A stretch of 64,000 nt of DNA from the human T2T-CHM13v2.0 reference genome, Homo sapiens. Position 1 is the first letter of the stretch, and each line of letters starts with the position of its first letter. Shown piece after piece: positions 54,419 to 64,000 of the stretch. The position numbers and the translations under genes are program-made. The notes under the pieces were generated by a model. The model ran no database searches and had not been told where the DNA came from. It worked only from the letters and a program-made list of their open reading frames with translations. The DNA is taken from the NCBI RefSeq assembly GCF_009914755.1, contig NC_060935.1; one strand, written 5' to 3'.

Positions 54419-55158
54419 CTGTGAGGGGACATGCACCATGTTACCAGAGAGGTAGTGCCAACACAGGGGCACACTAAACAATGTTCTGATTCCATGAGCT
54501 GGGGTAGACTGTGGAGCCTGGAGCTCTTGACTATGCTACCCAACCCAACAGCTTAGAAACCCCCAGAGGACAGCAGTAAGGCAGAGCCAGAGCCAGACAT
54601 TAGTCCTGAAAGAACTGCATGGCTTTGAAGAACTCTGGGAAAGGAAAGGCAGGGAGGGGTGCGCATCTGTTTACAAAATAAGCTCAGAGGGGAGTAAGTG
54701 TGGGGCAGGGGATGTGGTCATCTTTTTTCATACTTCACAAGGTTGATATGAGGATTACACGTGAAGATGCTTATAAAACGTTTAGTCCACAGTGAGCACT
54801 CAATAAGCATTAGCCGCTATGTTCTCAGGCACAAAGCTCATTCCAGGAAAGAAAGAGATAGCATTTCCATCATGGTGGGGAGTGGAGGAGAAAAAAGACC
54901 AGTAGCGAAGACATATAGCTTTCAGAATACGGAAAAAGTTTTTTTTGTTTTGTTTTGTTTTGTTTTTTTAATGACCAGAAAGAAAGCAATGGAGAGGTTT
55001 CTAAAGTCTGAGCACTCCAGGGAAAAGGACCAAATCCTGATGTAGCAAAAGAAAAATTCTGCTCTAGGGTTGGAGAGTGCCCCAGGCCACGCCAGCCTTC
55101 CTAGACAAAGCTGGCTCGGGACCAGGATGCCCAGGAAGTGACAGGTGGAGGTTCTCAC

Positions 55159-55380
55159 CTCTCAATGCTGCTGAAGGTATACTGAGTGCCCTGCTTGGTC
55201 TCAATTTCAAAGTCAAAGGAACGAGTAGTAGTGGTACCACGAGCAAAGTTGACAAAGGAGATCTCATCGAAGCGGATGTGCACAGGTGGCTTGTGGACGT
55301 AGATGAAGCCCCGCTCCAGCGGGTAGAGCAGTCCTGAGCTTGCCTTGTAGGAACAGGTAATGCACTGGGCCCCTGAGTGC
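55159..55380 (-). CDS. SSRP1: SSRP1 exon (HSGAQCITC...FSSIE)
   Basis: 222 nt, AG/GT. Confidence 0.96.
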
Positions 55381-55642
55381 CTGACAGAGGGTGCAGGGAG
55401 CCTGGTTAGTGCCAACCTCAGCAGAGGCAAAGGGCGTATCTAGCAGCAGCGACACGAGTGCTCATGTCCTCGACTAAGTAAACCTCACTGAGCTGTTCTG
55501 ACAGAGGCGCTGGCACCTATTGTGACACAAGGTCCCATCCAGGCCTCTAGGAGGCCGCATTCCCATCTCAGGAAGGGTTTACCAAGGAGACACGGCATTT
55601 CCCATACCCAGGCAGGGCAGGATCCCAGGCCCACACTCTCAC

Positions 55643-55771
55643 CCTTGGAAGTTGCCTGGCACTGTGATCTTGCGGTTCACCAGTGCTTTCATGACCCGGC
55701 TGACCATCTCATAGAGGGATCCTGACATGTTCTTGGTGAGCCGACCCTCAAAGCGCTTCTCCACTTCTTCC
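55643..55771 (-). CDS. SSRP1: SSRP1 exon (EEVEKRFEG...PGNFQ)
   Basis: 129 nt, AG/GT. Confidence 0.96.
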
Positions 55772-55873
55772 CTACAAAGAAAGCAAGGTGAGGTCACAAC
55801 ACTACTGCCTTCTAATGGCACACCTGTCTCCTGCCTGGACAGTGGTAGGAAACGAGTCCAGGGAGACACTCAC

Positions 55874-55977
55874 TCGTTCATGTTCAGAGTCAACGAAATG
55901 TCCTCGTCCTTGGAGAAGAGGAGGATCAGGAAGTGGTAGCGAGTTTGGCCTTGCTTGATTGGGGGATCCAGGCTGAT
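55874..55977 (-). CDS. SSRP1: SSRP1 exon (ISLDPPIKQ...TLNMN)
   Basis: 104 nt, AG/GT. Confidence 0.96.
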
Positions 55978-56115
55978 CTAGTAAGGAAGAGTACTAATTG
56001 ACACTCTACAACAACTTGCAATTAACCAACGTAGAATTCTGCACACCAGTGAGATCCATCTACTTAACACTTAGGCAAAAACCAGGATTATCCGGCCATA
56101 GGGGTTTCTGCTTAC

Positions 56116-56346
56116 CACAAAGAACATCTGGCGCTGGTCCTTGTGGGGTAACAAAAACAGACGCAGTACTGTGGTGTAGGGGATCTTGTAGTCAAAGGTC
56201 TTGCCATGCAGGTGCAGAAAGGTGGGGTAGATCCGAATGTCATAACGACCACGAGGAGTCAGACACTGCAGCTCCCGGAAGATGCAGATGGCATCTCCCG
56301 TGGCCTGGATTACATCCGCCTTTGACAACACATTCTGGGCAAAGGC
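56116..56346 (-). CDS. SSRP1: SSRP1 exon (AFAQNVLSK...QMFFV)
   Basis: 231 nt, AG/GT. Confidence 0.96.
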
Positions 56347-56449
56347 CTGCAAAAGCACATATTGGTAACCAAGCAGCAGGCCCTGCTCCCAGGCCAGCCA
56401 ATGCCTGCTCAGCACCATCTGCTGCCAAGGCAACCAGGGGAAGCCTCAC

Positions 56450-56640
56450 CTCAACAGGGTCCACACCATCCTCCTGGGTGGGTGGGACGTAGAAGCGCAC
56501 CTCCATGAGAGACACCTCTGCGTCATCGTTTTGGTGGAATTCCAGTGTCACCTCATTCTTGCCTGTGGTGCACTGGGACACATTGCTGAGGGGTATCTCA
56601 AAGACTGGCTGGTCACCAATGTCAAAGGAAAGCAGCTGCC
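56450..56640 (-). CDS. SSRP1: SSRP1 exon (QLLSFDIGD...VDPVE)
   Basis: 191 nt, AG/GT. Confidence 0.96.
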
Positions 56641-56925
56641 CTGTGAGGAAAGGGCTTATCCAGCCACAAGCTCCTCCCCTTAAGTCTGCATAAGCAATAT
56701 TCCCACCAAACTGAGTTCCACAGAGACAGGATACTGCGGTTAGTCTGTTTAGACTATAACCCCAACCCCAGGCAGTATACTGTAGGTACTCAATAAACAC
56801 ATGATGAACATGCAAATAGATAGGAAACCAGAGACAGTGGCAGAGGGAAAAGAGCAAAACAAGTAAAAGGCTGAAACCCTTCACCCTATCTTCCTCCCCA
56901 AACCTCAGTCTTCCCCAGGACTCAC

Positions 56926-57031
56926 CACCAAATTTCACTGTCCCCCAGTTCCAGCCCTTCACACAAAGGTCCTTCTCCATTAGCTCAAGGCGATAGTGAG
57001 TTTTGAAGAAATCAGAGAGTTTCTCAAACTC
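56926..57031 (-). CDS. SSRP1: SSRP1 exon (EFEKLSDFF...TVKFG)
   Basis: 106 nt, AG/GT. Confidence 0.96.
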
Positions 57032-57360
57032 CTGTGGGTGGAGGGAAGAAAGCACAATCCCAGTAAACCTTGGTGGCCTTAACACCGACTTGAATGTCCT
57101 GGGATTATCTATTTCTGAGAAACTGCCCCAAATAGGCTTTATAAGAAATCCATGCTGACTTAGCAACCCAGCTCATGGTAAGATTGTTGAAAGAGATTGC
57201 TTCTAGCCACTGGATCTGACATTCCTGGTTACGGGCCATCTGACTTTATAAACTTTGTATAGGTATTACTTTAATGAAAGTGGAAATTAAAATCAAATAA
57301 AGCCTTTAACTCAAGCAGTTCAAAAAGGAAAACAAAACCCACACTTTAAGATATCAAGCT

Positions 57361-57655
57361 AGCCAGGCGCAATGGCTCACGCCTGTAATCTCAACCCTTT
57401 GGGAGGCCAAGGTGGGCGATCCCTTGAGTCTGAGAGCTCAAGACCAGACTGGGTAACGTGGCAAAACGCCGTTTCTACCAAAAATTATTAAAAATCAGCT
57501 GGGCATGGTGGCATGTGCCTGTGGTACCAGATACTCAGGAGGCTGAGATGGAAGGATTACTTGAGCCCAGGAGGCGGAGGCTGCAGTAATCCGAGATTGC
57601 GCCACTGCACTCCAGCCTGGGTGACAGAGCAAGGCCCTGTCCCCAAAAAAAACCA
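57361..57655 (+). mobile_element. Alu (AluJ-like)
   Basis: Diverged dimeric Alu in an SSRP1 intron. Confidence 0.88.
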
Positions 57656-57953
57656 AAAACACACATACACACAAAGAAATCAAGCTAAGATTCTGAACCT
57701 TGATAAAAGCCACAGGCAGAAACTACTATCTAAATCAAGACAGAAGAAAATCTTCTGGAGTCAAGGCACACAGAAATTCACAAGACTTCAACGCTCAAAG
57801 CCAAACACTGATTGCCTGATGGCCTCACAGCCCTGCTCTAAGGAGCCCAAACTAGCAATCACAGGGTTACATGAGGAAGGAACCTCGAGTCTCTAGAAGA
57901 TTAAAATAAGAAGATGCAGTAAAAAGGAGGCTTATAGCCATGGGACATCTCAC

Positions 57954-58139
57954 CGATTCTCGGAAGCCATCATACTTGTAGACATGGCCATTCTTTGTAA
58001 GCAGTTTAAGTCCATGGCCCAGAGCAACACGGCGCCAGATACCTTCTGTTAACTCCCCAGCCTGGATGTTGTCCACTTTGCCTGTCTTGCTATTCTTGAA
58101 GATGATGCCCTGGCGGCTCAACCTCAGTCGACCATCATT
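57954..58139 (-). CDS. SSRP1: SSRP1 exon (NDGRLRLSR...GFRES)
   Basis: 186 nt, AG/GT. Confidence 0.96.
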
Positions 58140-58558
58140 CTGTAAGAAAAGCAGGCCCAGATGCATGGAGACAGTACACAGCATGTCCTGGGTTCTACAG
58201 CTCTACCTAACACACATTCCTGCTGCAAGTGGACTGGCCAGATTATCAATGCAGGAGCAACAGCTGAGGGTGCCAAGGAGTCTAGATTCTAAACCAGACT
58301 CTGGTATCTAGAACCCTTAACAGATTCTCAGTTTCCTCATTTGTAAAACAGGAATTGGGAACTGAACAGCATATACGGTCCCTATAACTCTGAGACTATC
58401 TCTCAGTATTGCCTTGAGTTGGTGGAGACACTAGGTACACATTATACTGAGTCTTCTTTTTCCAAAATAACGTTACCAAAGCAAGCTCTCATTAATGGAC
58501 AAAAACTCTACCCTCCTTCCTTCTCTCTACTTGTATCACCTGTCCAAGCCATTCTCAC

Positions 58559-58612
58559 CATGGAACCTTTCACCTCCTGATAGACGTCGTTGAACTCCAG
58601 TGTCTCTGCCAT
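58559..58612 (-). CDS. SSRP1: SSRP1 first coding exon (MAETLEFNDVYQEVKGSM); exon acceptor at 58731
   Basis: GACATGG Kozak context, ATG|gtgaga donor. Confidence 0.97.
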
Positions 58613-58829
58613 GTCGACCCCTGCCTGTGGTGGCCTGGGCAGAGCCCCAGGCTGCACAAGGGAAACCAAGTAAACTGGGAGCTGGGCCCCAACTCCTGAG
58701 TGGGTGTGCGGATGCTCAGCAGGTTGGGAATCTGAATTCAAGAGGAAGACAGATAAGCATGAAAGACAGCACCTCGCTGTGCTCACGGATGGAGCCAGGT
58801 AGCAACTCCCAGCTGCGCCTGGATGTCTC

Positions 58830-59480
58830 AGGATTTCCTCTGCCTGGAAACCTACAGACGGACGCTGCAGTGCCCGAGGGTCCAGGTCCAGGCCTGGGTG
58901 GAGAACCGGGCCCGGAATACCGCTGACACCCAACCCGACGCCCGCTCTGGCCGCTCCGGCGGGAGCCATGGCAACGAGCAGCGGAACCCCAGGGTCTGCC
59001 AGGAGCCCGCACATCGCACGCGACCCAATCCAGCTCAGAGTGCAGGGTTTCCCTCGCACCGCTCCCACCACCCCGCGGCCCCAGACCCACGGTTCACCCC
59101 CGCCCCACATAATGGATTCGCCCGCTCCCCGCGGTTGCGAACGCGGAATGGTCCATGTCGAGGGTCCCGTGGGGGAGCGGGGCCCCTGCCTTCCTGGGAC
59201 CGGGGACGACCACCACCTACCTCCTCAGGCTGCGGCCTCGCGAGGGCCCCGGCGCGAGAGGTGGGCGCGCTGGGGGGACGCGGGGGGGGCGCGGGGAGGG
59301 GGATGGGGGGACACCGGGGAAGCTTTTCCCGCGTGCGCGGCCCCGCGTCCCGCCACCGGAAGCCGTGCACAGGCCACAGAGAGGATGAGCTGGCTAGAGA
59401 GACGCGAGTCGGGCCCGCCTGCGAGACAGTCGCATAGAGCGTCAGCGACTCTGGAGGACCTGAGGGAAGGGTGGTTGCCG
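58830..59480. promoter_or_regulatory. SSRP1: CpG island / SSRP1 promoter; non-coding exon 1 ~59221-59360 (donor GAG|gtaggt)
   Basis: CpG-rich; ETS-type CCGGAAG at 59356-59362. Confidence 0.85.
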
Positions 59481-60500
59481 TGAAGCCTCTCTCACCCAGG
59501 GGGAATCCGGCCTAGAAAATGTGTGTAGGGCTCTTTAGAAACTACAGACACTTCTTCAGTCGAGACTAGATACTAAAGAGAAATTGTGTAGTTTTATTGT
59601 ATCAGACTTAGTACAGGGGTGGGGTGGGGGTGTGTATTGGAATGATGCGTGCCCGTTTCTCTGCAAAATAGTTTCTATGTCATGGAAAGGAGTCGATGGG
59701 ACAAGAAGAGAAGTATTTGAACAGTTGTGGGAGGAAACGACCTCTCCCACTGGCTGCGGAGAGTATGCGGGTGTTGGTGTCATCGTGGGTGCACTGCTTT
59801 CTGGCTGAACTGTCAAGTTCACTGTCTACACCCAAAATTTTCACATCCTTAACCGAAAATTATAGGTACCTCCAAGAGGCTGGCAAACGGCCTTATCCAG
59901 TTCAAGTCCTGGTGTCAGATTCACCTTGGAGCCAGAACTGATTTGAAACCACATCATCCTGTGGTTGCGGAAGCCAGGTCTCCCCCGTATAATCCCAGAG
60001 TGCATTTTGCAACATCAGAGACCAGACCTGGAAAAGATGTTTTAGTTTTTCTACCCCAACCTCCTTTTACTGATGGGAAAACTGAGACCCAAAGGGGAGT
60101 GAGTTGCCCAGGGTCTCAGTGCGTTGGCAACAAGGCTAGGTAGGACCCAGACCTCCTTAACACCACCAGTCCAGTTATCTTCTGTCATAATCACAGTGAC
60201 TGTATGTTCAGAATGACTATTGATATGTGTCCTACATGAAGACATTAGTACAGAATATGTAAGCTCAAGATTTCCCTGACGATCAATACACCAGCTTGCT
60301 AAATCAATCCTGGGGTAAGAGACAACAGGAATGCACCCTTCTCCCCTGAACTCATAGCTTTAACCTCTGAGTAGTGGCTATTCCAGCATTATCTAGCAAA
60401 ATAAATTCAACTGGGTTTAATAAATAGATATTGAGGGCCTATTACTACTTTAGCACACTTCTCAGATTTGAGGAAACTTGAACAAGGTGAAAACATCCCC

Positions 60501-60932
<432 letters not shown>

Positions 60933-60949
60933 TTAAAAAAAAAAGAAGT

Positions 60950-61356
60950 TGGCACATATACACCGTGGAATACTATGCAGCTGTAAAACAGGATGAGTTC
61001 ATGTCCTTTGCAGGGACATGGATGAAGCTGGACTCCATCATTCTGAGCAAATTATCACAAGGACAGAGAACCAAACACCGCATATTCTCACTCATAGGTG
61101 GGAATTGAACAATGAGAACACTTGGACACAGGGTGGGGAACATCACACACACCAGGGCCTGTCGCGGGGTGGGCGGAGTGGGGAGGGATAGCATTAGGAG
61201 ATATACCTAATGTAAATGACGGGTATATTTACAGTTAACGGGTGCAACACACCAACATGGCACACATATACATATGTAACAAACCTGCACGTTGTGCAGG
61301 TTTACCATAGAACTTAGAGTATAAGAATAATAATAAAAAGAAAACAAAACAAAAAA
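60950..61356 (+). mobile_element. L1PA 3' end (5'-truncated primate L1)
   Basis: ggcacatatacacc..gaatactatgcagc..ggatgagttcatgtcctttgcagggacatggatgaagctgg, G-rich tract, A-rich tail; flanks aaaagaagt / aaaagacgt. Confidence 0.92.
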
Positions 61357-62044
61357 GACGTGCTAACTGCTATGCTACAGGTAGAGCGAAGCTCATTACC
61401 AGCTGGAGTTAGAAATATGTGACTCTTTACTCATCACACCCCAGAAGACCCAGAAAAACTTTCAAGAGACCTTTTCCCCCTGACCCATGCCACTGGGGGC
61501 AACTCAGGAAAGGAGGGGACGGCGCAGAACTGGGTGGAATTTGGCAGACACTCAGGAATGAAGAGGGTCCTTAGCTCAGGCAGGCTATTAGGTGACTGGG
61601 GGATGGGAAATTGCAAGGGGCTTTAGGGAGAGTGTGAGCAGCTGGTGAGCTGGGATGAGGATGCTGCAGAAGAGAACAGAACAGAAACAGTAGACAGAGT
61701 GCAGATAAAACATTAGTCCCAGAGGGCTCCAGCCAGCTACATCCCAGGCAATCAGGAGCCCAGGATTGGAGACCCCACCCCTGCTGTGACATCACAGGGG
61801 AGTGGAGTGGAGACGAACAAAAAGGGGGTCCCCCGCCCTGGTCCTGGCCTCTTGGAAGCCAGAGTATCAAGAGCAGAGAATCTCACTAGGATTGCATGGC
61901 TTAAAGGGACAGGCTCCCCATTCCTCCAACCCCTCTAAGCTGCCCCCTCCAGGTCGTGATCTCGTCTCCCTGTCCTGTAGGACCTCCCTCTCCTGAGGCC
62001 ACCACTGGGCCCCCTTCTGAGTGTCCCCTGAGCACTCTCTCAGC

Positions 62045-62163
62045 ATGAACTGCATATCCGACTTCTTCACCTATGAGACCACCAAGTCGGTGGTTGTGAA
62101 GAGCTGGACCATCGGGATCATCAACCGAGTAGTTCAGCTTCTGATCATCTCCTACTTTGTAGG
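62045..62163 (+). CDS. P2RX3: P2RX3 (P2X purinoceptor 3) first coding exon, MNCISDFFTYETTKSVVVKSWTIGIINRVVQLLIISYFVG; gene continues beyond the window
   Basis: P2X N-terminal Y-x-T-x-K motif and start of TM1; donor GG|gtgagt. Confidence 0.96.
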
Positions 62164-63003
62164 GTGAGTCTGTGGCCTTTCAGGTTCCTGGCGGGGTGGG
62201 CTGCCTGGTATCCCGTCTTCACCCTCCTGCCTCGGTGCTACCATCCAGCTTCCTGAGCTCCTCTGCTCCTGGGGGAAACAGTTTCTTCTGTGGAGCCGAG
62301 TCTTAAAGACTGGCCTCTGCCACCCCCACCTAGGGCCTAAATTCACCCAGGTGAATTCTTTTCCCAGTTCGTCCTCCAGGGTTGAGATTGGTTTCAAGAC
62401 ACACGCTCAGAGTAGTAGGGTCCCTGCCCCGGCACTGCCCTCCACCGAGGGAGGGCTCAGGAGCTCCATCTCCACCCTCCCTGCTCTCATCTCCCCAACA
62501 AGAGAACAGGCAGACCCCCTCCCACATCTTCGAATTCCCCTCAGTCAACTCTTCGGGGTCTCAAAAAGACAAGACAGCACAGGAATAGGGAAGGGAAGGC
62601 ACTGAGACAAGGGGGTGGTGGCAGGTTGATCAAGTTGGTGGCCGGGAGGGAAAGAGAGAACTGGATCTGTTTTAGAATGAGGAATTTCCTTCTGGCATGG
62701 ATGGGTGAGATGGTGAGAGAGAGAAGGGCAAGGGAGAAGCCCTCTGCTCTTGAAGGGGAGGACAAAGAGGGAACTGCCCCTTGATGAGGAAACAAACAGA
62801 GGCCCAAGGGAAGAGTGGCCAAGGAGAAAAGGAGCTTTTCTGAACATAGTGCCGCTCCCTCCCCAGGAATCCAGAAATGCTCCCCTTTGTCAAAAAGTGT
62901 AAGTTCCCTACCTCTCCCTGACCCTGTGCCATGTAACCCATCCTAGGAGTTGCTTAAGAGCCAGGAAGGTGCAACCATCCCCTCAGCCCCCACCGCCTGC
63001 AAG

Positions 63004-63037
63004 CACACACCTACACACACACACACACACGCACACA
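63004..63037. repeat. (CA)n microsatellite, interrupted
   Basis: cacacac..acacacacacac in P2RX3 intron 1. Confidence 0.85.
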
Positions 63038-64000
63038 AAGGGCTGTGGAGCAGACAATGGCTGGGGAAGAATGCAGGTCCTGTCCTTCTTGTGGTCATTT
63101 CCACACACTGGTGGGCACCAGGAAATACAGGCAGAAACCTCGAAGGTTTTCTTTCCTGGCATGCGGGTCTCCAATCTTATGCTGTTCTTTCAGACAATGG
63201 GTCTTTGCATTTGAGGCAGCAATCCACTGACTGTCAGGAGTTAGTTCAAGCAGGTCAAAGGAGAATCCTGTGTGCCTGTGGGCTGAAGCTGCATGCAAAC
63301 CTGCTTGCTTGAAATGTTGAAGTTTATGCGAGGGTGTGGAGGGAAAGGTGGCTAGATGTGACTTTTTAGGTGATTTTTTGCTCTGTGTGCTGGGCAAGCC
63401 CTGGTAGGCTTCAGTGGGCAGGTATTGTAAAAAGGCTGTACCATCCAGTGCTCCTTTGGGAGATTTTAGAAAAGGGATTCAAGCTTTGGAATAGCATTAA
63501 ATGGCCACAAAGTTCCCTTCCAATGTTGAGGTTTTGTGAGATACGAGGTTTGCAAATGTTCGCTGTCTGCATCTCTAGAGCTTGGCTCAAAGTTGGTTCC
63601 TAAATGTTCTGTGTTCACGTGTATATTCAATGCTGTGGTTGTTTATAGCCACAAGATGGTATGTTGGCCCAGGTGAGTGCAAAATCTGGCTCAGCACATT
63701 CCCCTTCTGGCCTGGCTCCACTGGCTCCAGGCAGAGATTGATGGGGGAGAGAGTGGGCTCCTAGACCAGCCCGCTCAGCCCCCACTGCCCTTGTCTCTGT
63801 CTCATCATGATCAGATAGAATCCTCCAGTCCTCAGGGCTGGAGCCCAGCCTGCTGGAGCGAGTGTGCGAAGCTCTTTAGCATCTTAATTTCCAACCCCAT
63901 CCATCTCCTAGCCTGACAGCTCCCCACGGGACACTGCCTTCCAGTTACATCAGCGCCCTCTGCAGCCCAGCCCCCTGACCTGAGTCCCATCTCCGTGTAT

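Larger units (their letters stand above)
49480..59360 (-). other. SSRP1: SSRP1 gene span (FACT complex subunit), 17 exons
   Basis: Sixteen coding exons join to 2130 nt (709 aa), MAETLEFNDV...SASGSDE, including the HMG box; transcript ends approximate. Confidence 0.98.

Noticed and set aside
56240-57166. 308-aa ORF spanning two SSRP1 exons
   Set aside because: Read-through of stop-free intronic sequence; the normal GT-AG exons explain the coding parts.
58508-59483. ORFs of about 200 aa on both strands at the SSRP1 5' end
   Set aside because: CpG island artefacts; only the MAETLEF segment is real coding sequence.

Overview
Primate (hominid) genomic DNA, syntenic to human 11q12.1. The left third (1-23 kb) is intergenic and rich in nested retroelements: two near full-length MaLR elements with target-site duplications (TSDs), MER11, THE1 and MST solo LTRs, Alus, L1, MIR and MER47. 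TNKS1BP1 (TAB182) follows on the minus strand; its 10 coding exons, assembled by hand, total 5190 nt (1729 aa plus stop). SSRP1 (FACT subunit) is next, also on the minus strand, with 16 coding exons totalling 2130 nt (709 aa plus stop). The first coding exon of P2RX3 is on the plus strand, head-to-head with SSRP1. A U13 snoRNA retrocopy lies in an SSRP1 intron. Five TNKS1BP1 residues differ from the human protein as I recall it, so the source may be a non-human great ape. I found no new multi-gene system. The best leads are hidden isoform structure: a frame-preserving 9-nt SSRP1 microexon (KKE), an internal in-frame first exon of TNKS1BP1, splice acceptors upstream of the P2RX3 ATG, and a start-stop element overlapping the TNKS1BP1 ATG. 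There is also a 52-nt retro-insertion, and two different elements inserted at the same homologous site in both LTRs of one MST element. Repeat subfamily names come from recalled consensus sequences, not from a search.
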